Shown: positions 19,819-28,618 of the stretch, one piece after another | Numbering within the stretch: the first letter of the stretch is position 1 | Layout: each line of letters begins with the position of its first letter | Source of the DNA: Minisyncoccota bacterium | GTDB taxonomy: Bacteria; Patescibacteriota; Minisyncoccia; UBA6257; JAGOQP01 | NCBI GenBank assembly: GCA_041661795.1 | Contig: JBAZTS010000001.1 | Coordinates: forward strand, 39,459 to 103,458 | Direction of reading: 5' to 3' | Length of the DNA stretch: 64,000 nt | The notes under the pieces: model-generated | Told to the model about the DNA's origin: nothing | The model's input: only the letters and a program-made list of their open reading frames with translations | Database searches by the model: none | Program-made: the position numbers and the translations under genes

Positions 19819-21096
19819 CTAAGATCGTAACTTTTTATTTTCTGCCACGCTCGTTCCCGCTACAAAACCAGTAGTCCAACATAACTGCAAACTATATCCT
19901 CCCGATGGACGATTGATATTAAGCGCATCACCGATGATATATATCTGTGGCACGATGCGTGATTGCATTGTTTTGAAATTTATTTCTTCAAGCGCAACTC
20001 CCCCAGAAGACACGATGGCTTTATGTGCCCCCAACAGTTCCTTGACGTGCATTGGGATTGATTTTAGACATTCAACAATTTTTATTCTGTCCTCATGTCG
20101 TATGCTGTGATTTTTTGTTTCACCATCTATGCCGGTTAATGTAAGAATTGTTGGAACAAGAGCTGATGTGACAAGTTCTCCCAATGTATTTTTTAATTTC
20201 TTGTTACTTTCGGAGATTAGAATTTTTTGAAGATTTTGCCTAAGCGCTCCATGGTCAAGTTTTGGGAATAAATCAAGAACAATAACCACTTCTCCGTTGT
20301 ATAATAACTCTCCAACATCTTTACTCATATTAAGCACCGTTGGCCCGCTTATTCCAAAATGCGTGAATAATAACTTTCCTTTTTGAACGCTTTGTTTTTT
20401 ACCATCTTGCAATACAGTGAGCTTAATATCATTAAGCGTTACTCCCGCCAATCTTTTTACCCATCCATTTTTTATTGCAATAGGAACAAGCGCGAAATTG
20501 TTTTCTGCAATCGTATGTCCCATTTTTCTAAGCCATCCAAACCCTTCTCCGGTTGAACCTGTTTCTGGGCGTGACGTGCCTCCCGTGGCGATAATACATG
20601 ATTTTACTGTCAATGCTTTTCTTTTTTTGAGTTGAAGCGTGACACGTTTTTTATTTTCATCAAGAGAAAAATCAACAACCGTTGCATTTGTTTTCACTTC
20701 TACTCCACCCTTATTCATATATTTAATCAACACATTCAACACCGATTCTGATTTATTTGAAGAAGGAAACATTCTTCCTTCCGCTTCTTCTTTTGTTTTC
20801 ATTCCTTTGTGATTAAAAAACGCAAGAGTTTTTATAACGTCAAATTGTGAGAATGCGGACATAAGAAATTGATCGCTCCCTTTGTATTGCGTGGCCAAAG
20901 TACGGATATCTTTTTTATTATTTGTCAGATTACATCGTCCCCCGCCGGTTATAAGCAATTTTTTTCCAAGTATCGGATTTTTTTCAAGCAACAAAACAGA
21001 GCAACCCAATTCAGCCGCTCTTCCTGCCGCCATCATTCCTGCCGGACCTCCGCCGATAACAACAACGTCATATTTATCTTTTTTTACCATAACCAA
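19819..21096 (-). CDS. NAD(P)/FAD-dependent oxidoreductase, HI0933/YhiN family
   Basis: N-terminal DVVVIGGGPAGMMAAGRAAE Rossmann motif, GGGRCNLTN motif typical of the HI0933 family. Confidence 0.8.
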   Translation of the reverse strand: MVMVKKDKYDVVVIGGGPAGMMAAGRAAELGCSVLLLEKNPILGKKLLITGGGRCNLTNNKKDIRTLATQYKGSDQFLMSAFSQFDVIKTLAFFNHKGMKTKEEAEGRMFPSSNKSESVLNVLIKYMNKGGVEVKTNATVVDFSLDENKKRVTLQLKKRKALTVKSCIIATGGTSRPETGSTGEGFGWLRKMGHTIAENNFALVPIAIKNGWVKRLAGVTLNDIKLTVLQDGKKQSVQKGKLLFTHFGISGPTVLNMSKDVGELLYNGEVVIVLDLFPKLDHGALRQNLQKILISESNKKLKNTLGELVTSALVPTILTLTGIDGETKNHSIRHEDRIKIVECLKSIPMHVKELLGAHKAIVSSGGVALEEINFKTMQSRIVPQIYIIGDALNINRPSGGYSLQLCWTTGFVAGTSVAENKKLRS

Positions 21097-22315
21097 AACG
21101 GCCCGATGACCTTCTCGTATTAAATTGCTGATTTGAATCGTATGGAAGATTGGGTAATTTTGAAACAGGCAAACGAAGCCTGGTTAATTTCTCTATTTCC
21201 CTGATTTTGGCTCCTTGCTCGGGCAGAACAAAAGAAATGGCTTTACCGCTCATGCCGGCTCTGCCGGTTCTTCCGATACGATGGACATAATCTTCTGAAT
21301 TTTCAGGAAGGTCAAAGTTAATAACCAACTCAATGCCTTTTACATCTATGCCTCGTGAAGCGATATCGGTTGCCACAAGCACTCTGTATCTGCCGAGTTT
21401 GAATCCTTCTAACGCTTCTTTTCTTTGCCCAAGTGATCTGTTTGAATGTATTTCTGTGGCAGAAATTCCAACATTACGCAACTCATTACAAATTTTTCTT
21501 GCGCCAAATTTGATTCTTAAAAAGACCAGAACGCTTCCTTTGTATTCTCCAAGTAATTTTATTAATAGTGAAACTTTTTGATTTTTTTTAACAACAAATA
21601 ATTCGTGCTCAATATTTTTAGCGGTAGTTCCAGATTTGGCTATCTCTACTCTAATAGGAAGCTTCATGTGGTTGCTGGCAATTTTTACAATACCTTCAGG
21701 CATGGTTGCCGAAAACAGCATGGTTTGCCTGTCTTTGGGCATTATTTGCAGTATTTTATTTATCTGCGGAGCAAAGCCCATATCAAACATTCTGTCGGCT
21801 TCATCAAGAACCAGGATTTTAACATCATTCAAGCTTAGAGTTCTTTGTTCAATATGGTCAATGATTCTTCCTGGAGTACCAATAATAACATGAGGATTGC
21901 CACGGATTGCCTGAATTTGAGGACGAATAGGAGACCCGCCAATTAGTACAACAGTTTTTATACCAAATCCCCTTCCTATTTTTTGTATGGATTCATTTAT
22001 TTGCAAAGCCAATTCACGAGTTGGCAATATAATCAGTCCTTTTCCCTGCCTACCGGCAGGCAGACCATTTCCTATTTTTAAAATCTGCTGAATTAAAGGA
22101 ATACCAAAAGCCAAGGTCTTACCCGTACCTGTTTGAGCTATACCAATAATGTCTTTGCCATCAATAGCTGCAGGAATTGCTTTATGTTGTATTGAGGTTG
22201 GGATTTTAAATCCTAATTTTAAAAGCACGTCAAGGATTTTGGGAGCTATTCCAAGACCACCAAAAGTCATTTCTGTCTCATTTAATAGAGGTTTATCCGT
22301 TTGTTTTGATATCAT
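21074..22315 (-). CDS. DEAD-box ATP-dependent RNA helicase
   Basis: Q motif, AQTGTGKT, PTRELA, DEAD (VLDEADRM), SAT, HRIGRTGRAG; basic RG-containing C-terminal tail. Confidence 0.9.
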   Translation of the reverse strand: MISKQTDKPLLNETEMTFGGLGIAPKILDVLLKLGFKIPTSIQHKAIPAAIDGKDIIGIAQTGTGKTLAFGIPLIQQILKIGNGLPAGRQGKGLIILPTRELALQINESIQKIGRGFGIKTVVLIGGSPIRPQIQAIRGNPHVIIGTPGRIIDHIEQRTLSLNDVKILVLDEADRMFDMGFAPQINKILQIMPKDRQTMLFSATMPEGIVKIASNHMKLPIRVEIAKSGTTAKNIEHELFVVKKNQKVSLLIKLLGEYKGSVLVFLRIKFGARKICNELRNVGISATEIHSNRSLGQRKEALEGFKLGRYRVLVATDIASRGIDVKGIELVINFDLPENSEDYVHRIGRTGRAGMSGKAISFVLPEQGAKIREIEKLTRLRLPVSKLPNLPYDSNQQFNTRRSSGRFGYGKKR

Positions 22316-22344
22316 AAAAATGCAACTAGTTTTGTGAGGTGATC

Positions 22345-22464
22345 TTATTTATGCCTTTTGTTTTTCTTTGCTTCCAACATCAGTCGTTTTACCGCCAACC
22401 GCTTCTTGGTTTTGTGGGAATGTGTTTTTTTAGGTTTACCCACGCCAGTGACTCTTTTTGCCAT
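22345..22464 (-). CDS. possible small highly basic protein (39 aa) upstream of the helicase
   Basis: ATG-initiated ORF MAKRVTGVGKPKKTHSHKTKKRLAVKRLMLEAKKNKRHK; about 45% Lys/Arg/His; below the ORF-track size cutoff; no homolog recognised. Confidence 0.3.
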   Translation of the reverse strand: MAKRVTGVGKPKKTHSHKTKKRLAVKRLMLEAKKNKRHK

Positions 22465-22523
22465 ATGCGTATTATATTGATTAGTTAATTATTCTTTGAG
22501 TGTATCAGAAAATAACAGCAAAA

Positions 22524-22554
22524 GAAAATAGCGCCAATAATATGGGCGCTATTT
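22524..22554 (-). terminator. rho-independent terminator downstream of the SWIB gene
   Basis: AAAATAGCGCC-aataatatg-GGCGCTATTTT; 11-bp perfect stem flanked by A/T runs. Confidence 0.6.
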
Positions 22555-22575
22555 TCTAGGTTACTGCTTTTGGTC

Positions 22576-22830
22576 CTAGGAAAGATGTTTTGAAACGAGT
22601 TTTGTCATCTCAAACATATTAACAGTCGCTTTGTCACCAAAAACTTTCTTTAGTTTTTCGTCGGCGTTGATATTTCGCTTGTTGGCTGGATCTTGGAGGT
22701 TATTCTCCTTGATGTATACCCACAGCTTTTTGACGACCTCTGACCTGGGCATTGGCCCCTTGCCGATTACAGCGGATAGCTCTTCGCTAACGTTCATCGG
22801 CTTCATGAACGCAGAATTTGTTTTTATCAT
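22576..22830 (-). CDS. SWIB/MDM2 domain protein
   Basis: 84-aa protein with ...SEELSAVIG...PRSEVVKKLWVYIKENNLQDP...KLKKVFG... pattern typical of SWIB domains. Confidence 0.65.
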   Translation of the reverse strand: MIKTNSAFMKPMNVSEELSAVIGKGPMPRSEVVKKLWVYIKENNLQDPANKRNINADEKLKKVFGDKATVNMFEMTKLVSKHLS

Positions 22831-22880
22831 TGGTTTAGTATACCAAATTCAATTTGAATTTACCAGAAGACAAGAGAAAG

Positions 22881-23387
22881 TTAAAATGCTTTAAATGTTT
22901 TTGTTATTTCTACCGCTTCGCCCTGTCCCAAGACATCAGTAAATCCTACCCAACGTGGAGGAAGGGCAAAAATATATTTTTGATTTTCGCCTAATTTGCT
23001 TGGACCAATCGGCGCAGCGCTAACAGCTAAATTCTCTGCTTTGATTAATTCCCACTCTGCCTTGGTGAAGATTAATATGGGAACATCCTGCCAGGATTGT
23101 TCTTTGGTCCATTGCGGACTTCTTATAATAATCTTTGGGCCATAAATAATTTCATCATTATTGGACAAAATTCTTCCTTCCCAAGATTCCGTTATAATCG
23201 AATATCCTTTCCAAATATAAGTCAGTGTCAACTCAAATCCATATTCATCATTTATATACTTTCTAATGAATTGGTCTGTAAGCACATCTGGAGCGAATTT
23301 TTTAGAAGACGAATCATACCACAACCATATTCCCCCACCAACTAATATTATTGCTATTACTAAGATTAAAATAATTTTTTTGTTCAT
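22881..23387 (-). CDS. hypothetical protein with N-terminal TM anchor
   Basis: 168-aa ORF, N-terminal hydrophobic helix, overlaps the next gene by 4 nt. Confidence 0.4.
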   Translation of the reverse strand: MNKKIILILVIAIILVGGGIWLWYDSSSKKFAPDVLTDQFIRKYINDEYGFELTLTYIWKGYSIITESWEGRILSNNDEIIYGPKIIIRSPQWTKEQSWQDVPILIFTKAEWELIKAENLAVSAAPIGPSKLGENQKYIFALPPRWVGFTDVLGQGEAVEITKTFKAF

Positions 23388-24217
23388 ATTTCTTTTTCTA
23401 CTGTGCCGGTCTTTTTATCTATAGTGTACCAGCCAAATGTTGCGGTATGAGACGAGCCATCTACCTCCTTCACTATTTCAAACACGTGCGCTCTCCAACT
23501 ATCATCTCCTTCTTCAATTTCAATCGTTGCTTTCTTATCAGATTGGGCGAGCATTGTTTCGTATTCTCTTATTTCTGGTAATAATTGCACTTTTATGCGG
23601 GCTGATTCGGCTCTATTTTTTGTCGGCCAATAACTTGAAATTATTTTGTCTAGAATCGGACCATATTCTTCTGCAAATTCAGCAAGAACATTGCTATCGT
23701 AGAAATATATTGTCCCATCTGGGATAAATACAACGATTTCTTTAAAAAGCCACTTAGTACCATTTTTATCATTAAAAGAACCGGTGGCCATATAACTATT
23801 CACATTACTTTCCGCATCTTCATACTTCCACTCAAATGTATTTATACTAAATTGTTTGTCTTCCGTTAATGATTTTTCCGCTTCCATCATTGCTACTGCT
23901 CGCGATGAAAAAACCTTAAGGCGTTCATCGTGTCCGGTTTGTATTCCAATAAAGGCCTTTCCTGACGGTTCAAGAATAAATTCAACAGGTCCCGATTTTT
24001 GGGAAGTATCTACTATCCAATCTTTTGGATAACTCATGGTAAAACCATATTCTGAACTAAATTCTGTGGTTTCATAATTTAACGGCTTTTCCATTTTGGA
24101 TTCATCACCGGAGCTGTTCATTGATACTTCAAAGGTTAAAATACCGCTAGCAAAAAGCGCTACCACAACAACCACAACAACACCCAAAACAATTAAGATA
24201 TTTTTTGATTTTTTCAT
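23384..24217 (-). CDS. hypothetical N-anchored exported protein
   Basis: 277-aa ORF, N-terminal signal/anchor (LIVLGVVVVVVVALFASG). Confidence 0.45.
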   Translation of the reverse strand: MKKSKNILIVLGVVVVVVVALFASGILTFEVSMNSSGDESKMEKPLNYETTEFSSEYGFTMSYPKDWIVDTSQKSGPVEFILEPSGKAFIGIQTGHDERLKVFSSRAVAMMEAEKSLTEDKQFSINTFEWKYEDAESNVNSYMATGSFNDKNGTKWLFKEIVVFIPDGTIYFYDSNVLAEFAEEYGPILDKIISSYWPTKNRAESARIKVQLLPEIREYETMLAQSDKKATIEIEEGDDSWRAHVFEIVKEVDGSSHTATFGWYTIDKKTGTVEKEI

Positions 24218-24433
24218 ATTTTTATTCTACCGCGCCCGTCAAAAGCTTGCAATTTGTAAATTTAGCTCAGAGTTGTCTTGTTTTTTATCACGCCCACAAT
24301 ACCGATAATAAACACCAAAAGTCCAAGCAATTGCCCTCCGGGACTATCGTCAATTTCACCATATACAAACATAAACACCCCAAATAATATGACTAGAATG
24401 AAGAATAATATTTTACCTTTATTCATTACAAAA

Positions 24434-25306
24434 CTAGATATTACTTTTTTTCACAGACAACCTACCTAACATTATTCCGACTAATAATAGAACAATCGCC
24501 ACAAACAATCCGATTAAATAATAATACATATTATTAGAGTCGCTATCAGTATTTTGGTTGGGTGTATTAGTGTTATTATTTTCAATATTGCTGTTTAGTT
24601 TGTCTGGCTCAAAAACAACTAAAGTGCCTTCGTTGGGCGCCAGAGCCCAGTCACCTTTGTAATAACCACCCGATATTGAGCTTTTATCTAAATTATCCAC
24701 TCCTCCAACAACGTACAAAGTTTCATATGTATAACCACTCTCCCAACAATCACCCTTGGTTGAAAGCAATAAAACTATTTTTTTATCAAAACCGGGTATC
24801 GCATATCCTGCAAAAGTGAAGGGTTGCTCTAAATTACATCCGGTCACAGGAAAATTGGTTACTTCTTTGCCGTCCTGATAAACTGAGGCCTTAAAATTAG
24901 CTAGAAGGATTTCGTCAGTATTAGGATCGTATTTTTTATAATCTACAAGATTTACATCAATAGAGATTCTGTTTTTGATTAAATTGATAGGAGTTAAATC
25001 CTTAAAACCGGAAGTGATATTACTGATGATTAAATTAACGGCAGAAACGTCATTTAATTTTTCTCCTTCGTCACAAGAATAAACCATTTGGGACTGACCG
25101 GTAGCCAATGACATTTTCATTAATTCCGGAGGACAACCTCTCCCACCTTGGTCAACTCGTATATAGTAGACCGATTCATCTACTGGATTATATTTAAATC
25201 CGTAAATAAAAGTGGGTCCTCCCACGGTAGCTTCCACGTCATTTACCAGAACACCCCCAAAAACCAATACTGCGAACATTGCCACTAAAATATATTTATA
25301 ATTCAT
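24434..25306 (-). CDS. hypothetical exported protein with C-terminal TM anchor
   Basis: 290 aa, signal peptide, Asn/Thr-rich linker, C-terminal hydrophobic helix plus KKSNI. Confidence 0.45.
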   Translation of the reverse strand: MNYKYILVAMFAVLVFGGVLVNDVEATVGGPTFIYGFKYNPVDESVYYIRVDQGGRGCPPELMKMSLATGQSQMVYSCDEGEKLNDVSAVNLIISNITSGFKDLTPINLIKNRISIDVNLVDYKKYDPNTDEILLANFKASVYQDGKEVTNFPVTGCNLEQPFTFAGYAIPGFDKKIVLLLSTKGDCWESGYTYETLYVVGGVDNLDKSSISGGYYKGDWALAPNEGTLVVFEPDKLNSNIENNNTNTPNQNTDSDSNNMYYYLIGLFVAIVLLLVGIMLGRLSVKKSNI

Positions 25307-25338
25307 ATTTAGTAATTTAATATTAATTATCGTTATTT

Positions 25339-25381
25339 CAATTATATCAAAGTTCTAACATCTTATCCAGATATAAAAAAC
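25339..25381 (-). promoter_or_regulatory. conserved promoter cassette copy A (GATGTTAGAAC-N5-TGATATAAT)
   Basis: 43-bp near-identical copy of 26960-27002; contains a perfect extended -10 TGATATAAT on the minus strand. Confidence 0.5.
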
Positions 25382-25418
25382 GCCATAAAGACGTTTTTTA
25401 TTCTGTCCCATTCTTCAA

Positions 25419-26954
25419 TTATTGCATTTGTGCTTTTAATGCGACAATTTGAGTTATTAAAGAATCTCGTGTTGCAGTATCAATGGTATTGTTTAATTGA
25501 TTCTGTAAAACACTGATTTGCTTTGATATGGCGTTAATTTTATCTCGGATTGCTTGTACTTGCGCTTCTAAAGTAGTAATTTGCGTTGTTAAATAATCTC
25601 GCGTTGCAGTATCGGTAGTATTATTTAATTTATAATATAAGGCGCTAATTTGCATCAATAAAGCGTTTATTTTTTCTTGATTAGTTGATGAAGCAGAAAT
25701 TACTGGGGTTTGACTCTGGGAGTGTAAGCCAAGACCGTTGGTATTTATTGATGTAGCTGAAATTACTGTGGTAGTAGTGTCGGAAGCGCCTTGAAGTATT
25801 TTCACTTGCGTTTTTAATGCGATAATTTGCGCTATCAAAGAATCTCGTGTTGCAGTATCAATAGTATTATTTAATTGATTCTGTAAGATACTAATTTGCG
25901 TCTGTATATTAGCTATTTTATCTTGAGTGGCAGACGTAGTCACAATTGTACCGTATCCTCCTCCGCTCGTTGTCGTAACAGGAGAAGATACCGAAATAGT
26001 AGGAGTGGTGACCTGAGTATTATTTTGTCCCGCTATAATACTAAATTCCGTATCGCTGAAATCGCCAATATAAGAAATCACATCACAAGAAGCATAAGAA
26101 CCCTCAACATAAATTGATATTGTATAATTGTTCCCCAGGCCAGGCCATGATTGAATGTTACTTGGAATCGTATACGTATAACTTTCCAAATTTGTGGTAA
26201 CTCCTATTAATTGACTGCTATTCACCCCCGTTTTAGTTGTCGGCGCGTCATATCCCTTGTTTAAATAAACCAACAAAGCTTTATTTCCGACAATATCTTT
26301 CGCAGAATATTTTATAGTATACGTTTCGCCAACCTGCCACTGCTCCCCTCCGTTCGGAGAAAGAATCTTAATAACAGTAGGAGTGAATGGAATTTGAACG
26401 CCCACTGGGGTTTTGCATGGCGTGGCTGGGGTTGTGGAAGAAAAATTTGATATCGATGTGATTGGTGTAGTAGATATAGCTGGTGTGGCTGAAGTTGCCG
26501 AAGTTGCTGGTATTCCTGTTCCGGAAGAAGGAGTGGCTGGTGTAGCGGGAATAGCGGCCACAAGAACATTTAATTTCTCTTGAGTTTTAGGTCCAACCAT
26601 TCCTACGGACTCGATACCGTTCTGCTCCTGAAACTTTTTAACAGCTACTTGAGTAAGTGGTCCATAATATCCAGTAATCAAGCCGTTGGGATAGCTACCT
26701 GTAAAGTTTTTTAAAAACTCCTGTAGTTTTTTTACATCGTCTCCAGTAGCTCCTTGTGCCAGGGCTCTACTAAACTTAAGTTCAATTTTTACAGTTTGAA
26801 CCTCAATTTGAAGATCTGCTATCTGTGATTGTAATGATTGTATCTGGGTTTGAAGTTGTTTAATTAAAGCTTGTAAATCAGCCGTTGAGTCAGTTGTTTG
26901 AGCGAACGTTAATAATGGAAACATTAGAGCTAGAACAAATAAATATTTTTTCAT
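25419..26954 (-). CDS. secreted coiled-coil protein with PG_binding_1 peptidoglycan-binding domain and three internal about 35-aa repeats
   Basis: Signal peptide; GATGDDVKKLQEFLK...GYYGPLTQVAVKKFQ (PG-binding); repeats LQNQLNNTIDTATRDSLIAQIIALKTQ x3 with corresponding about 75-bp DNA direct repeats. Confidence 0.6.
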   Translation of the reverse strand: MKKYLFVLALMFPLLTFAQTTDSTADLQALIKQLQTQIQSLQSQIADLQIEVQTVKIELKFSRALAQGATGDDVKKLQEFLKNFTGSYPNGLITGYYGPLTQVAVKKFQEQNGIESVGMVGPKTQEKLNVLVAAIPATPATPSSGTGIPATSATSATPAISTTPITSISNFSSTTPATPCKTPVGVQIPFTPTVIKILSPNGGEQWQVGETYTIKYSAKDIVGNKALLVYLNKGYDAPTTKTGVNSSQLIGVTTNLESYTYTIPSNIQSWPGLGNNYTISIYVEGSYASCDVISYIGDFSDTEFSIIAGQNNTQVTTPTISVSSPVTTTSGGGYGTIVTTSATQDKIANIQTQISILQNQLNNTIDTATRDSLIAQIIALKTQVKILQGASDTTTTVISATSINTNGLGLHSQSQTPVISASSTNQEKINALLMQISALYYKLNNTTDTATRDYLTTQITTLEAQVQAIRDKINAISKQISVLQNQLNNTIDTATRDSLITQIVALKAQMQ

Positions 26955-27002
26955 ATTTTCAATTATATCAAAATTCTAACATCCTATCCAGATATAAAAA
27001 AC
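26955..27002 (-). promoter_or_regulatory. conserved promoter cassette copy B; extended -10 TGATATAAT 7 nt from the ATG (leaderless)
   Basis: Minus strand reads GATGTTAGAATTTTGATATAATTGAAAAT-ATG. Confidence 0.5.
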
Positions 27003-27065
27003 AACCGCCTCGGGATAAACCTTAGCGGGAGCAGTGGAATCTGCTCAGTCCTAATGTGCTCGGTT

Positions 27066-27443
27066 CTACTGGTAGAAAGTCAACCGGAACTTGTTGCTGA
27101 TGTGATCGCTCACTCCTCCTCCCTTGGGACAAAACGTCATCCTCCGCCATTCACCCCACCCGCCTTGGAACTCCTTGGTTCCGTTGATGAGAAACTTCTC
27201 TCCGATCCTGACGATCACCCCTTCCGGATGAGACCGCCACTCGTTGAAGTTGCCTTCGTAGATCAAAGTTTTGCCGTTGAGGAGAAGCCTCCTACCCAGT
27301 CGAATGATCACTCCTTCGGTGTGCCACCAGAAAGAATCCCAGGGACCCTCGTAGAGGACAATGCTGTCCCCTGGTTGGACTTGGGAGAGTAACTCATCAA
27401 GAGTCTCTCCTGTTGCAACAGTAATTGTTCTCCTTAGTTGCAT
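27066..27443 (-). CDS. small tandem-repeat protein (3 x about 32-aa MORN-like repeats) in a GC-rich islet; candidate partner of the HicB-like gene
   Basis: Strong SD GGAAAGGAGAAAGCG-ATG; repeats hYEGxWxxWxxHxEGVIxRxGxxxLxNG; local GC about 50% against about 30% background. Confidence 0.55.
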   Translation of the reverse strand: MQLRRTITVATGETLDELLSQVQPGDSIVLYEGPWDSFWWHTEGVIIRLGRRLLLNGKTLIYEGNFNEWRSHPEGVIVRIGEKFLINGTKEFQGGWGEWRRMTFCPKGGGVSDHISNKFRLTFYQ

Positions 27444-27476
27444 CGCTTTCTCCTTTCCTTACAGAAGTTGATGCGT

Positions 27477-27641
27477 TCAGTGTTGCTTGTTCTCCTCCAC
27501 TGTGATCCCGAAAGCATCCTGGTGGTTGAGAATAAGATTTCCGATAGCTTCGTACAGGCTCTTGCCACATCCCCAGATTCCGTTGTGGTCATCCAGGCAG
27601 ACGTGATAGTCATCACTTCTGCGAGTTACGATGATCTTCAT
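27477..27641 (-). CDS. HicB-like (UPF0150/DUF1902) antitoxin-fold small protein, 54 aa
   Basis: Perfect SD GAGGAGGTGATC-ATG; MKIIVTRRSDDYHVCLDDHNGIWGCGKSLYEAIGNLILNHQDAFGI matches the Y-V-x-VPDLPGC-x-xG-T-EEA-x-N-x-EAI pattern of HicB-like proteins; below the ORF-track cutoff. Confidence 0.5.
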   Translation of the reverse strand: MKIIVTRRSDDYHVCLDDHNGIWGCGKSLYEAIGNLILNHQDAFGITVEENKQH

Positions 27642-27690
27642 GATCACCTCCTCTCAACAAAATAGCACATATAGTGCTATTGGTCAATCT
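27642..27690 (-). promoter_or_regulatory. promoter with palindromic operator upstream of the HicB-like gene
   Basis: Minus strand: TTGACC-AATAGCACTATATGTGCTATT-TTG...; 8-bp perfect inverted repeat AATAGCAC/GTGCTATT occupies the spacer. Confidence 0.45.
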
Positions 27691-27795
27691 TTTGCTCCGA
27701 CTGATGGACAATATTAGAACTTGTTTTTACAACTCCTGCATTATTTACCCAAAATAAATTTTATATTATTCATACTTATTGATAGAATATAGTTA

Positions 27796-28560
27796 ATGAC
27801 TAAAAAAATAGAGTGGTTAAAAATTTTAGGTCTCCTTGGCTATGTCTTGCTTGCTTGTATATTTATACTTATTTTCCGACCACCATATATTCTGACGATA
27901 ATAATAGTTTTGGTCCCACCAAGTATTGTTAATTTTTTATGGCTTAAAAATTCTAAAAAAAGAGTGTTGATATTTTCTATCGTTACCGCCCTGCTTTTTG
28001 GACCACCCATCGAACTCGCTCTTCGCCTCGCAAATGCGTGGGATGTTCAATCATTCTTTTTCCGCCCCCTCGGAATTATACCTTTAGAAAATATGCTTTT
28101 TGCTTTTTTAAATTTTTTCTGGGTAATAAGCTTTTATGAATATTTTATAGACCGATCCAAAGAGCAAAAGATATCAAGAAAATTCAAATTCCTTGTTGGA
28201 CTATATATTCTCTTATTAGTAATTGTATTCGGCACATTTATACACAATCCTACTTTAATTGCTATTAATTATGCAGTTGCTTCTATACCTATACTTATAA
28301 TCCCGTCCCTGATAATTTATTTTAAAAATCCAAAACTTCTTAAAAAAATAGTAATACCTATTCTTTTTTTCGCAATAGTATTTTTTGTCTATGAAGTAGT
28401 GGCATTAATAATTGGTAACTGGTGGTGGCCCGGTGAATATATTTATCCCGTAACAATATTTGGTAAAATATTTCCCCTTGACGACGCATTTATCTGGTAT
28501 TTCCTCTCAACTGCTACATTAATTGGTGGCTACGAATTTTTTGTTGATGATTTCAACTAA
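27796..28560 (+). CDS. lycopene cyclase domain (CrtYcd-like) polytopic membrane protein
   Basis: Two homologous halves, each with hPLE(N/D)xhF motif (IIPLENMLFAF; KIFPLDDAFIWYF), 7-8 TM helices; extended -10 TGATAGAAT 7 nt before the ATG. Confidence 0.45.
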   Translation: MTKKIEWLKILGLLGYVLLACIFILIFRPPYILTIIIVLVPPSIVNFLWLKNSKKRVLIFSIVTALLFGPPIELALRLANAWDVQSFFFRPLGIIPLENMLFAFLNFFWVISFYEYFIDRSKEQKISRKFKFLVGLYILLLVIVFGTFIHNPTLIAINYAVASIPILIIPSLIIYFKNPKLLKKIVIPILFFAIVFFVYEVVALIIGNWWWPGEYIYPVTIFGKIFPLDDAFIWYFLSTATLIGGYEFFVDDFN

Positions 28561-28590
28561 AAAATAACCAGTATTTAATCTGATTATTTT
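28558..28590 (-). terminator. bidirectional hairpin terminator (conserved module) between convergent genes
   Basis: AATAACCAG-tatttaat-CTGATTATT plus T-run; homologous to the module at 31795-31832. Confidence 0.5.
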
Positions 28591-28618
28591 CAAAGCTCCG
28601 ACTGATAGACGACATTAC

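Noticed and set aside
27054-27665. Plus-strand ORFs 27054-27392 and 27438-27665 and minus-strand ORF 27434-27616 in the GC-rich islet
   Set aside because: They lack ribosome-binding sites, whereas the minus-strand genes 27066-27443 and 27477-27641 each have a strong, correctly spaced Shine-Dalgarno site. The 60-aa minus-strand ORF 27434-27616 is in another frame than the HicB-like gene and has no SD.
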